Shown here: piece after piece, positions 26,540 through 37,519 of the stretch
Layout: every line of letters starts with the position of its first letter
Numbering within the stretch: position 1 is the stretch's first letter
Assembly: GCA_964016885.1 (NCBI GenBank)
Contig: OZ024743.1
Coordinates: 327,918,001-327,982,000, forward strand
DNA: 64,000 nt
Source: Eledone cirrhosa
Lineage: Eukaryota
Direction of reading: 5' to 3'
Translations under genes and position numbers: made by a program
The notes under the pieces: model-generated
Databases searched by the model: none
What the model was told of the DNA's origin: nothing
Seen by the model: only the letters and a program-made list of their open reading frames with translations

Positions 26540-27545
26540 TCTACGGTCTTGATACAGTACTAAAGTACGCAGATGACATCAAGCTGTACCTTGAGATAAA
26601 AAGGACAGATCCTGAACACTATAGATCTTGCTTGCAGTCTGGCCTGGACACAATGCAACAATGGATCTCAGACTGGCAACTCAAGCTAGCTGTGGACAAG
26701 TGCACCACCATCCATTTTGGGAGTAAAAACCCAACGTCCACATACTCCCTCCACAGCACTAATATCAAGAAGTCTTCTTGTGAACGTGACCTGGGTATTA
26801 CGGTCAGCAGCGATTTGCGTTGGACGAAGCACGTCTCTAAAATTGTCAAGAGGGCCGAGGGTGTCTTAGCATCACTCAGCAAGACCTTTGTCAGCCGCTC
26901 TCCAGCTATCTATTTAAGGCTGTACATGGCTATGGTGCGGCCACACTTAGAATTTGCATCACCAGTCTGGAACCCCTATCTTGCTCAGAACATTGACCAC
27001 CTAGAAACTGTTCAGAGATGTGCAACCACGTTCATCAGGCATCTACCATACCCTCCATCAAGCATCTACCATACTCTGAACACTTGCTTTCCTGGGCATG
27101 GATACATTGAAACTCCGACGCCTGGCAACTGACTTGGTAAACACCCACAAAATTATTAACCATCTTGCCAACAACAACCCTGAGTACCTTTTTGATTTCC
27201 ATGTGCCTAACACACGTGGGCATGCCAACAAAGTCAGAAAACAGAACAGCTCCCATGACTTTCGGAAACATTTTTTCACGTTCAGAGTTGCTTAAGCATG
27301 GAACAAACTATCTACATCAGTTATTAACTGTCGAGACACTGCATCCTTTAAAAGCTCCATGCTTCCTGAGATTCGCCAACACTACACCTAATGTTCCCCC
27401 TCTATACACATACACACATGTATATCATGACTCATACACTATTCATTTCCCTGACATTTGTATATTATTCTATGTACTATACATGCACCTTTGACGAGTT
27501 GTAGTGCACCTGAACACTTTACACAATAATTTCATTATTATTTCA
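26540..27545 (+). mobile_element. 5'-truncated, frameshifted CR1-type LINE (RT C-terminal half and 3' UTR)
   Basis: ORF 26530-27132 has YADDIKLY, ERDLGI and VRPHLEFASPVWNP; it continues in another frame (RKHFFTFRV). Ends in an (att)n-like tail; the same 3' end recurs at 52010-52459. Confidence 0.9.
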
Positions 27546-28625
27546 ATTTCAATTCCAGTATTGGCAATGATTTATTTTATCAAATCTCAACATTTATATA
27601 CCACAAATAATAATATGATAAACTTAAAGAAGAAAAGGACGTGGAGCGAATTAGAGATATAAGAGAGTGTGTAAAGAGGAGATGCAAAAAAAGAAAAAGA
27701 AAGAGAAAAAATAAAAAATACATATATAAATATTTAAATGAATATACAGATGGGTGAAATAGATGAAGAAATATGTATAAAAAAAGAAAGAAAGAAGAGA
27801 TGACGAGAAAAGAAATTATGGGGGGGGGGGGAGTAGAAAAAACCGTTGTTTTCAAATATTAGGTCAATTGAGGCGACCAATTAATTACCATAGATCATTG
27901 AATATCTCTAGTATTTGGTTATGGTTAAGCTAATTATACTAATATAATATATCAAAATTAATCAATATACATTACTTTTCATAGCCGTCACATATTTATT
28001 TAATTAAAAATTTATATAATTTAATTTAACTCATTATAGATTTTAATTTCCGATTTAGGTAATATATTCCATAAGTATTTTATTACAACTTTTAAAAAAT
28101 TTATCTTTAAAGCCTATTTAAATAATTATTAAATCTGTATTAGAATATATATTAAAATACATGCATATATCACCTTTATAAAATCGTTTCAAATTTTTAA
28201 TTATCATATAATTACAGGATTAAATTTTAGTTATATTTACTCTCAAAAGTTTTATTTCGTTAATTTAAATTTACTTCAGTAATTACAGTTTCCTTTTAAA
28301 GAAATTCTTATATTATTCAACTATATAATTTGTCAAAAATTAAAATAGCAAGCTATTCAAACAGAATAAAAATATTTACGAAGAATGTAAACAAAATGAA
28401 GATAAGTCATTCACCATATGTGAGCATTAAACAATATATCTACTCTGAAATCTAGTGATATTTCTAAACCAGAAATGAACAATTGTCAAGTTAAATATTG
28501 AACTGTCCTGATCAAAACGTAGGATACAGAGACTCATAATGAAATTATTAAAATAGATAAAACATCAATACATTATTACTCCGGTAAGGCAAAAATTATA
28601 AATATAAATATATTTATAAAATTAT

Positions 28626-29225
28626 TAATTGTCAATATTCTTTCGAAACTTGTATAATGCTTGGAATGTTTTATCGGTTCTATGTTGGCAGCTGCTAAAT
28701 ATTTAATTCTTCTTGTTAATTAAATTGTCCTAATTTGTAATTAGTCTCGAGATTGCAATTTGGCAAAATGGAAGCGTTCCCATAGGAATTGGCAATCTTC
28801 AGCCGTGTCCAAGAGATGGAGTATTTAATATCCTTCAAAGACCATATTAATTGTGAGAGTGAAGTTGAAAATTTTTTGTCTGGTTTCGAAAAAGAATTTT
28901 TATGATTGTACCAACGAAGTTTAAACCCAGATGAAGTCGCACCAATGTAGTTATATATATATTATTATTAGTTAATTGATGGCCTTGTGCCAAAAGTAGA
29001 AACAATTATTAGTTATATATATATTATTATATATATACATTATTATTATATAGATTCTTGTCGAGGCAGTTATTTTGTAAGGGACATTCTGACTTCCTTC
29101 TGCAGTTACATTTCTTCTCGATGTTATTTCTATACCCTAAACTATTCATATTATTATTATTATCTAAAAGTGTTCTACTATTATTCGTATTTAAGTTATT
29201 ATTATTGTTATTCCCATTAAGTAAT
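28626..29225 (-). pseudogene. GIY-YIG endonuclease region of a Penelope-like element, degraded
   Basis: Minus-strand translation gives KKCNCRRKSECPLQNNCLDKNLY, then YIGATSSGFKLRWYNHKNSF, then LINKKN*IFSSCQHR, with frameshifts and stops. Confidence 0.85.
28969..29009 (+). mobile_element. Severely 5'-truncated SINE tail with a 21-bp TSD
   Basis: ggccttgtgccaaaagtagaaacaattat is flanked by tagttatatatatattattat at 28948-28968 and 29010-29030. Confidence 0.75.
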
Positions 29226-32200
29226 TTATTATTATTATTATTATTATTATTGTTATTGTTATTCCTTGAATCTCAGTCATTGATGTTGGTTAACTGGAAA
29301 GTCCGTTGGATTGAATATCAAGCCACTACCTGCAGCCTCAGATATTCAGGACGTATCGGAGGGTTCTTGCCGTTCCAAGCAAGCATGCCTTTTGAAGCGT
29401 TCCAAAAAGCGTGAAGGGGCCGATTTTCTTTAACCATCCCTGGAAACCTTTGGAGATAGTCCCCAGTGCGCCTATGACAATCGGGATCACTTTGACTTCA
29501 TGGCAGTTCCAAATCCTTTTCACCTCCCACTTTAGGTCCTGGTATCGGTTAATTTTCTCCCTCTCCTTCTCTTGCACTCTCGTGTCGAACGGGCAGGCCA
29601 CATCCACAATCAGGCACGATCTTTTTTCTTTGTCCACAACCACCAGGTCAGGTCTATTGTGTTCCAGTTTTTTGTCCGTCTGTATCCTAAAATCCCACAG
29701 CACCTTCACCTGACTGTTCTCCATCACCGCCTCTGGCCTATGCTCATACCATTTCTCAGAATGTGGTAGATTGTTTACTTTGCACAGGTGCCAGTGGATC
29801 ACCCTGCCCATCACATCGTGTCTCCAGCCCTTATAGTGGGTCTGGGCTAGGTGTTTACACTCGGACACAATGTGAGCCACAGTCTCCTCTCTCTCTCCAC
29901 AGATCCTGCACAGTGGGCTAGCCTCCTCCTTGTAGATATGGTGCTTCAACCACTTCGTTTTGAGGGCCTGCTCCTGCGCAGCCATTAGCATTCCTTCTGT
30001 AGCCTTTTTGAGGTCTCCTCTTCTCAACCAGTTCCATGTCTGTGGATCTCTAAATTCAGTTTTCTCAAAGAAGGTACTATGAAGGGATTTTCCCTTAAGG
30101 CTGCTCTTCCTCCTTGATGTTATTTCCTCCTTGGGTATCCCCTGGCCTACTGTCCCCTCCTTCAGTACAGCTCTGAGCATTGGCTCCTTACTATAGGTCA
30201 CGTATTTGTATAGGTTGTTTTTCTCCATCTGAACACAGTCCTCTATGCTGATAAGACCTCTTCCACCCTCAGATCTCCTTAGGTAGAGTCTATCGACATC
30301 ACTCCTCTTGTGGAACATGTTGTAGATAGTCAATAGCTTCCTAGTCTTCCTATCCATTTCTTTTTGTTCAGCAACATTCCATCTCAGAATTCCCGCACTG
30401 TACCTAATAATAGACACAGCTCGGGAATTTACTGCGCTTATGGCATTTCTGCTGTTCAGATGTGACTTCAATACGCTCCTTACTCTCCGAATGTATTCAG
30501 TTCTTAACAATTCCTTCATTTTTTTGTTCTTTATGCCATCAGCCTCCAGAACGCCCAAGTACTTGTATCCTTCCTCAGAGTCAATTTCCTTTATCATCTC
30601 ACCTGTTGGTATCTGGATCCCGTTACTTCTGCTCAACCTACCCCTCCTCATCACAATGACTCCACATTTACCAATACCAAACTGCATACATATATCACTG
30701 CTGAAAATACGGACAGTGTCAACAAGCACATCCAACTCCTTCTCACTTTTCCCGAAGAGCTTAAGATCGTCCATGAAGAGGAGGTGATTGATGGTAAGCT
30801 CTCCCCTTCCCAACTTGTATCCTGCTCTCACTTTTCGCAGCATAATGGTCAAGGGCATCAGGGCAAGGACAAACAACAGAGGGGACAGGCTATCTTCCCA
30901 AGGATACTCCAGTTGATGTCAACTCTGTCTCCCAGGACCCCATACTCCTGCCCAGCAACTGTCTGATGTTATCTGCCACCCTGAAGATCTCCAGGCTTTT
31001 GGTGATCCAGGAATGAGGCACCATGTCAAATGCCTTTCTGTAGTCTATCCATCCCATGGCAAGATCAGTGTGTCTCCTCCTGCAATTCCCCATTACCATC
31101 TTATCAATAAGCAACTGGTCCTTTGTACCACGTGACTTCTTTCGGCATCCTTTCTGTTCGTCCGGCAACAAGTTGTTTGTGTGGAGGTGATGGTAGATTT
31201 CCTCAGACACAATGCTCGTCAACAGTTTCCACATTACGGGCAGACATGTGATAGGTCTATAGTTGGTAACATCATTACCCTTGATTCGGTCTTTCATTAT
31301 CAGAACTGTGGTACCTTTTGTCAACCACTCTGGCACCTCACCCGACACCAAGCAGTCATTGAACATGGCCGTCAGCTTCGGGTGGAGGGATGTTAAATGT
31401 TTAATCCAATACCCCTGCACACCATCTGGGCCTGGTGATTTCCAGTTGGTTAGTTTTTTGGCTTGCCCCTTAAGAGTTTCAACTGTGATACTCAAATCAG
31501 TCTGTTGCTGTGCCTGCTCACCGATCTCCCTCTGTACTGTCTCAATCCACCCTGCCTGGGCATTGTGTCTAACATCCTGCTCCCATATTCCTCTCCAGAA
31601 TGTTTTAGCTTGTTCCGCCCCAGGGATCAAGTCGTTGCCTCTTTCTTTCCCCTCAAGCTGTCCAAACAGCATCTTCTGGTTGTTGTCGAACATGCGGTTC
31701 TGTTTATACTGACTGACTCTGTTCTCGTATCGCCTGATTTTGGCACTCTTTGCTACAATGCGTTGCTTCAATTCCTCTATGATAATATTTAGCTTTTTAC
31801 TCCTAGTTTTGTATTTTATTTCCAGTCTATTTTTAGTGCCTATGTTTTTTAGTGTCCCATTCAGTAGTGACTCAAGCTTTCCTATGTCATTTCTCATTTC
31901 CCCGATTTGCCCACTCAGTCGCTTCTTCCACCACGGCTCTGCTCTTTCTTGTCTGTTGTTTCCTCTCGCTTTTATACCAAGTAGTTTCCTCACCGTATTT
32001 GCTGTTGCTTTGAGGATATTGTTGCACTGGTGAAGACTCCTCGCCTCAAGGTATGGGATGACTTTGTTTACCTTAGCTGTTGTTTCTTTTAACTTTTTCC
32101 TGTCTACAAATCTTAGGTTCATAGGTCTCCCACTATCATTGTTCAACTCATCTACCACTAAATTTAGGATGTCAACCGAATCTTGTCCTAGCCCGTCAGC

Positions 32201-32791
32201 ATTCATCTCCTCAGTGGCCGTATCTCTGTTCCAGGTATTATTTATCTCAGTATTCAGATCATTGTCTGCTTCGGGTGGTTCCTCCGTTCTCAGGACCTCC
32301 TCACCTTCATTTCCCGCCGGCTCGCTTGTCTGGCATACTACACCCGCCATCTCCAAGCCATTCTCTCTGCTCAGTTCCTCCAGTTCCAGCTCGCTTATCC
32401 ACCCATTAGTTCTTATTACCCGAGCCTGCCCGGCCAATTTTTGTTCATCTAATTTAAATAAACCAATCTCGTTCCAGATGTTATGCATCCGTCTCCTGTA
32501 GCCCCTCTCCTTGGGGTTACTTTTCAGGTAGCATTGCATAACAGTTCTATTCAATTCTTTCGTCCAGTTGGTTCTGGCCCCTTTCCTTCTTCTTCTTCCT
32601 CCAACATCAGCAGTATTTGGTTGACAGTCAGGTTCCTGCTGCTGAGCCAGGGGGCACCTGTTGGGTGAGAGTCTGTCACATGACGTTCTAGTCTCCATTT
32701 CACCGTTATTCGAACTGTTTATGTTCGATATTTAAACACTCTTATCGAGGATTGGCGAATGTATGTTTACATAGCCATCTGTGGATCCGCC

Positions 32792-32793
<2 letters not shown>
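29226..32793 (-). mobile_element. Near full-length R4/Dong-clade non-LTR retrotransposon inserted in a (TAA)n tract
   Basis: ORFs 30890-32698 and 29338-30876 give RT motifs (KSPGPDG, YRPITCL, EQKGC, DYRKAFD, FMDD), a CCHC finger (CRICGEREETVAHIVSEC), WRHD and a restriction-like endonuclease (RPDL..DVACP..K). (TAA)n lies on both sides. Confidence 0.93.
29338..32698 (-). pseudogene. RT-RLE polyprotein of the R4/Dong element, broken near 30890
   Basis: Frame change at ~30890-30900. The expected QG of the RT QGDSLSP motif is missing while DSLSPLLFVLAL is present in the next frame. Confidence 0.88.
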
Positions 32794-32852
<59 letters not shown>

Positions 32853-34647
32853 GTTATTATCGCTATTTATATATTGGTTCAAATTAAGATTTTTACTATT
32901 TATTTTTGCTATATTTTGAGCAATATTCATAGTTGTTGAATAAGAGAGTTTAACTGAGTGTCTATTGAAGATAGAGTAATATTTATGTGATCTAGGGAAG
33001 CATTTATCCAAGGCTTTAAAAAATAAGTGTGCTAAAAGTGTTTTAATAGCTAAAGATGCTGGCGGAGCATACCAATTATAGATCTAGTTCTTATTTGTTA
33101 CCCCGATTTATTCCTCAAGTTGTTTTTATAGTCAATATTATTATTATTATTACGAATACTGTGATTATACTTAATACTATTTTCAGTATTTTCTATATAC
33201 TCAATATTATTTTTATAACCAGCTTTACGTAAAGCATCATTATAATATACGGCTTTACTATTAAATATGGATCTATTAGCAGATAGTCTGGATATTCGTT
33301 GTTGTACACTGTTGACGATTTCATTCTTAACACTTTTAGGGTGATTAGAATAAAAATTAACATAATTTAAGTTCTCATTGAGTTTATGGAAAGCGTAATG
33401 AAGGCTTGAGTTCAAATTAAGAGTTACGTCTAAAAAATTAACTATTTTATTGTTATTTTCTACTTCTAATTTCAGGTCATAATTTTTTTTAAATTCAATA
33501 ATTACTTTCTTTACTCTATTTAATTCACTATTATTATGTTTTTCTACAATAAATAATATGTCGTCTCTATATATATAAACCACCAGTAATCTCCGGCAGT
33601 TTTCTATTTATCATGTTAAGGATGGAAATTCCCACAAGATCGGTAACTTGCGCCGAATCAGACGAGCCCATAGTAATGTCAAAGTTCTTCTGCCTATCAG
33701 ATCTAGTCCAAAGTTCGCCTTACAGTAGAATAATATTTATCTCATCACTAGATAGATCCGTGTGCTTATATGCATATGATAGCGCCTTATTTAGTAGGTT
33801 AGGAGTTATTGAGGAATAATAACTCGCTATGTCCATTTGAATGAACTTATGATTTTTCTTATTTTCGATATTATTGAACCAATCTATGACTTCATTAGTG
33901 CCCTTCCATAGGTTTAGCCTTGACCTAAATTTAAGCGTTGGTAAAATCCTATCTATAATGTTTGTACTAATTATTCTGAGATCTGATTTCGAAGGTGCAA
34001 TAAGTCTAACAGGTAAGTCTTCTTCAAATTTACTTTTATGGTCTTTAAAATTTATCCGTGGTTGCCTTGGTATGAAGGGTTCGGTTTTCCGCTCTATTCC
34101 GAGATTAGTGATAATTTCAAATGTATCATTATTAATATCCAATAAATCTTCACTTGGGGCCTTTTTGTAATTTTTTCTCAATTCTTTTAAAATTAAGTCG
34201 TTATATTTTGTTCTTTCAATCCCATATAGATTGTTTGTTTTGTCTGATTTCACTAATATTTTGTTTACTTTCTGTATGTCATTAGTTTTTTTCCTTTAGA
34301 CCTCTATATTCTTGGCCTCTATATGGGTTTTTTTTTTAATTTTATATTCCTTAATATATTTATAATTTCGTTTTCGAAATTAGCCAAGAGTTTGTTGTAA
34401 GGAGGATTTTTCCTAGATTTAAAAATATGCTCGAAATTGTGGTTGGTGTTTTTCTTATCCGTTTTCTGCCACCGCAGTCTTCTTATGAAGGAGTTGGTTT
34501 GTGCAATAAGTTTTTTCATATATTCTTCGTTAGATGGTAAAGGTATATCTTTGAGAGATGAAGAAATCCGGAAGAACTCCATCACTTGTTAGTAGTCTAA
34601 TCTATTGCACTTGTTAGTAATCTATTGTTAGTAATCTATTGCAGTAA

Positions 34648-34650
<3 letters not shown>
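32794..34650 (-). mobile_element. Penelope-like element RT region, Naiad-like, degraded
   Basis: Fragments SLKDIPLPS..FIRRLRW, KSDKTNNLY, FKDHK..PVRLIAPSKS, MDIASYYSSI, FDITMGSSDSAQVTDLVG, YRDD, NFLDVTLNL and FPRSHKYYSIFNRHSVKLSYS. Clade assignment is from recalled motif similarity. Confidence 0.88.
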
Positions 34651-34739
<89 letters not shown>

Positions 34740-35104
34740 CAGGGGCGAAGGGTCCGTGCATGCAACGCATGCAGTGTATGCGTTATAGAATCTTGAGTTG
34801 ATCAATTGCGTCGGTTGAAGCAAGCAGAATTTTGGCTGCTTACTAAAACGTATAGACACAAAAAAGATAACACACACACATACACACAAACACACGACAG
34901 CTTTGGGGCAAGCAGAATTTTGACTGCTTACTAAATCGTAGACACATAAAAAGATAACACACACACACATACACTAGATAACACTACATGCGGCTTTGAC
35001 CGGGAGGGTCATTTAGAGGGAATTGGGAGGGGGGCTGCACAGCACCACTTCCGACATGGCGATTGGACTGCATGCCCTGCTTTCCAGTTTACCCTTCGCC
35101 ACTG
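34740..35104. mobile_element. MITE with 14-bp terminal inverted repeats
   Basis: Ends CAGGGGCGAAGGGT and ACCCTTCGCCACTG (one mismatch), set in (TA)n. Internal ~65-bp duplication at ~34822 and ~34909. Confidence 0.75.
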
Positions 35105-35122
35105 ATATATATATATATATAT

Positions 35123-35370
35123 GCGCAGTGTGACAAGAAGCTTGCTTCCCGACCACATATTTCCGAGTTCAGTCCTACTTCCCAGGCCGACCAAAGTGGA
35201 TTTGATAGACCGAAACTAAAAGAAGTCCGTCGTATATATGTATATATGTCTGTGTGTGTCTTTGCGTTTGTGTTTGCTCTCCCACCAATGCTTGTTGGTT
35301 TGTTAACGTCCCCATAACTTACCAAGGTGATGCTCCAGCATGGACGTAGTCCAGAGACAGAAAAAAAAAA
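35123..35370 (+). mobile_element. Degenerate tRNA-derived SINE (second family)
   Basis: Head aagaagcttgcttcccgaccacatatttccgagttcagtcc with a B-box-like motif, a GT-rich middle, and tail gctccagcatggacgtagtc followed by an A-run. Confidence 0.65.
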
Positions 35371-35390
35371 GTATATGTGTGTGTGTAGAA

Positions 35391-35563
35391 GAGGGGTCTC
35401 AAACTCAAGGACACAAAAGGGCCATTACGTCCTGGAGGAGAGGCACAGTGGGCCAAACGTGGTGGTGGGTGAAGATTTTCACCAGTTATAATGCAATATG
35501 AAATATTGGTTCTACCACGGGCCACAGAAAAGTAGTTCGCGGGTCGCATGTTTGAGCCCCCTG
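35391..35563. mobile_element. hAT-like MITE
   Basis: Termini AGGGGTCTCAAAC and GTTTGAGCCCCCTG are near-complementary. Confidence 0.6.
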
Positions 35564-35713
35564 TTGGAGATAGATAGATAGACGTGTACCAAACACACAT
35601 TTCTTACTCTCTCTGTCCCTCCCTCTTTCTCTCTTCATTTATATATATATATATATATATATATTATAAAATAACAGGAGGCTGGACTGATGTAATTCCT
35701 TAAAAGGTTTATT

Positions 35714-35771
35714 ATACTATGATCATTTCAATAACTGGGTTCAGTATGAATCCGGTGACATCATCAGGTAT
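35714..35771 (-). ncRNA. Type I hammerhead motif (family C, inverted copy)
   Basis: Reverse complement of 36014-36071. Confidence 0.7.
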
Positions 35772-36013
35772 TCGAAATATAACAAAGGAATATAATAGAC
35801 AAAATTCATGGGGCTGAAAATCAGGTCTTTGACGGGGTTGAAGTAGTACACTATAAGCCTACGCCCCTTCACCAGATGGACATAAGTAGACTTTATAATC
35901 ACCACTTGAGGGCGGCCGACTGGGGTAGAAGCTGCTAAATGTTCGGTCGCCCTCATGTCTCTGATTTTCAGCCCCATCGATTTTGTCTATTATATTCCTT
36001 TGTTATATTTCGA

Positions 36014-36071
36014 ATACCTGATGATGTCACCGGATTCATACTGAACCCAGTTATTGAAATGATCATAGTAT
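36014..36071 (+). ncRNA. Type I hammerhead motif (family C)
   Basis: ATAC-CTGATGA-TGTCACCGGATTCATACTGAACCCAGTTATT-GAAA-TGATCA-TA-GTAT: intact core, stem I ATAC/GTAT, imperfect long stem II, palindromic ATGATCAT stem III. Confidence 0.7.
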
Positions 36072-36423
36072 AATAAACCTTTTAAGGAATTACACCAGTC
36101 CAGCCTCCTGTTATTTTATAATAATTAACTCCGAACTCGCACCACCAACTACACAAACGAAGACGTGTGAGTTGCATTACGTTGAGTGCTCTCCCTAATA
36201 TTACATCGAGGTTGACCATACGGAATGACCAGTTCTATCCAGTGGTGAACCAACAAACCTAAATAAATATATATATATAGTTATGTAATAAACAACATAA
36301 GATAATTATTTCATTTACCAGTGGTTTCTTGAAAGCAAACAAATTTGCTTTCAGTCATCTACATAGAGCACTCTTTTTTCCTTGACATTTTCGACGGAAT
36401 TACTTCATTTACACATATATATA

Positions 36424-36743
36424 TATCAACTAGAAATTGATTGACATATATATATATATATATATCTAAAATAAACACATTAAACTATCACAGGGGATAA
36501 TTTGTAAAGTGTGTAAGCACACACAGCTAGGTAGGTAACTAATTAAAGTTTAACTAGATCTTCAAATATAGATACCTTTTAAAATGATTAATCAGATTTT
36601 AAAAGGTATCTATATTTGAAGTTCTAGTTACACTTTAATTAGTTACCTACCTAGCTGTGTGTGCTTACACACTTTACAAATGTGATTGTTTCATGTGTTT
36701 ATTTTAGATATATATATATGTCAATCAATTTCTAGTTGATATA
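36424..36743. repeat. ~160-bp-arm palindrome with almost no spacer
   Basis: tatcaactagaaattgattgacat...gataccttttaaaat is mirrored by attttaaaaggtatc...atgtcaatcaatttctagttgata. Confidence 0.88.
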
Positions 36744-37519
36744 AAATGCTCGGATCTATTCATGAGCATATTCTACAGTGGATATGACACCCTTAATTTA
36801 ATTTTGTATATGGCGTTGTTGAAAAGAGCAATGGCCTTTGACCTGGCAATAAAAACTGGAGATAAAATTCTTTCTGTACCAAAACCAAGGCACACACACA
36901 CAGAAGTTTGTGTGTGTGTGTGTCTGTATGCGTGAACGTTTATGTGTGTATCTATCTATGTGTATATATAAGGAATACAGATATTTCTTTCTGACTGTCA
37001 CCAAGCTTCTCAATTCATTCGTTGCTACTAAGTATTTTATTTTGCTACGAAGTATTTTATTTTGCAAGGTACTATTTTCCCCCTGAGTTTGTGATTTCAG
37101 AGAAAGGTAAGAAATTCTTTATATTTTGCATCTTTTGTATTTTAACTTTACAGTTTGAATTGTAGAATTGTCTATCCTCTCAAAATATTACAACAGCTAA
37201 CAGTGAAATATAGAATTTAAAAAAAAAAAAAAAAAAAAAGCTTTTTCGACTCAGATCAAATCTTTGAGAACATTCACGTCTATTTTTCAAAATTATATAA
37301 TTTGAAATAGTTTGCTTTTGTTTTGGACTGAAACTTTTTTGTATTTAATTCGTATGAGTATTATTTAAAGATTCTAACATAACTTGATTTGGCCCAGTAA
37401 TCTACTGATATCAAAATCAGTAGTATATTGAAAAATGGAAAAATAGGGTAGGAGGGCGTTTCGTGATTTCGAGGGGCAAAAGTGGGCGTTTAGCCAAAAT
37501 GGGTTGAGAACCTTTGCTT

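Larger units (their letters stand above)
35661..36265. mobile_element. Palindromic element (family C): inverted arm, spacer, arm, unique tail; Penelope pLTR-like
   Basis: 35661-35824 and 35961-36124 are nearly perfect reverse complements around a ~136-bp spacer. A tail runs to ~36265, and (TA)n flanks both sides. Confidence 0.8.

Noticed and set aside
28626-29130. Selenoprotein-type Naiad (in-frame UGA at conserved Cys plus SECIS)
   Set aside because: The CNC and CPL..C residues are encoded by TGT/TGC, the breaks I traced are TAA/TAG or frameshifts, and I could not see a SECIS.
29411-32668. Many + strand ORFs
   Set aside because: They are antisense shadows of the Dong/R4 ORF with no independent motifs. 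The same applies to the minus-strand ORFs at 60918-63972 over the RTE.
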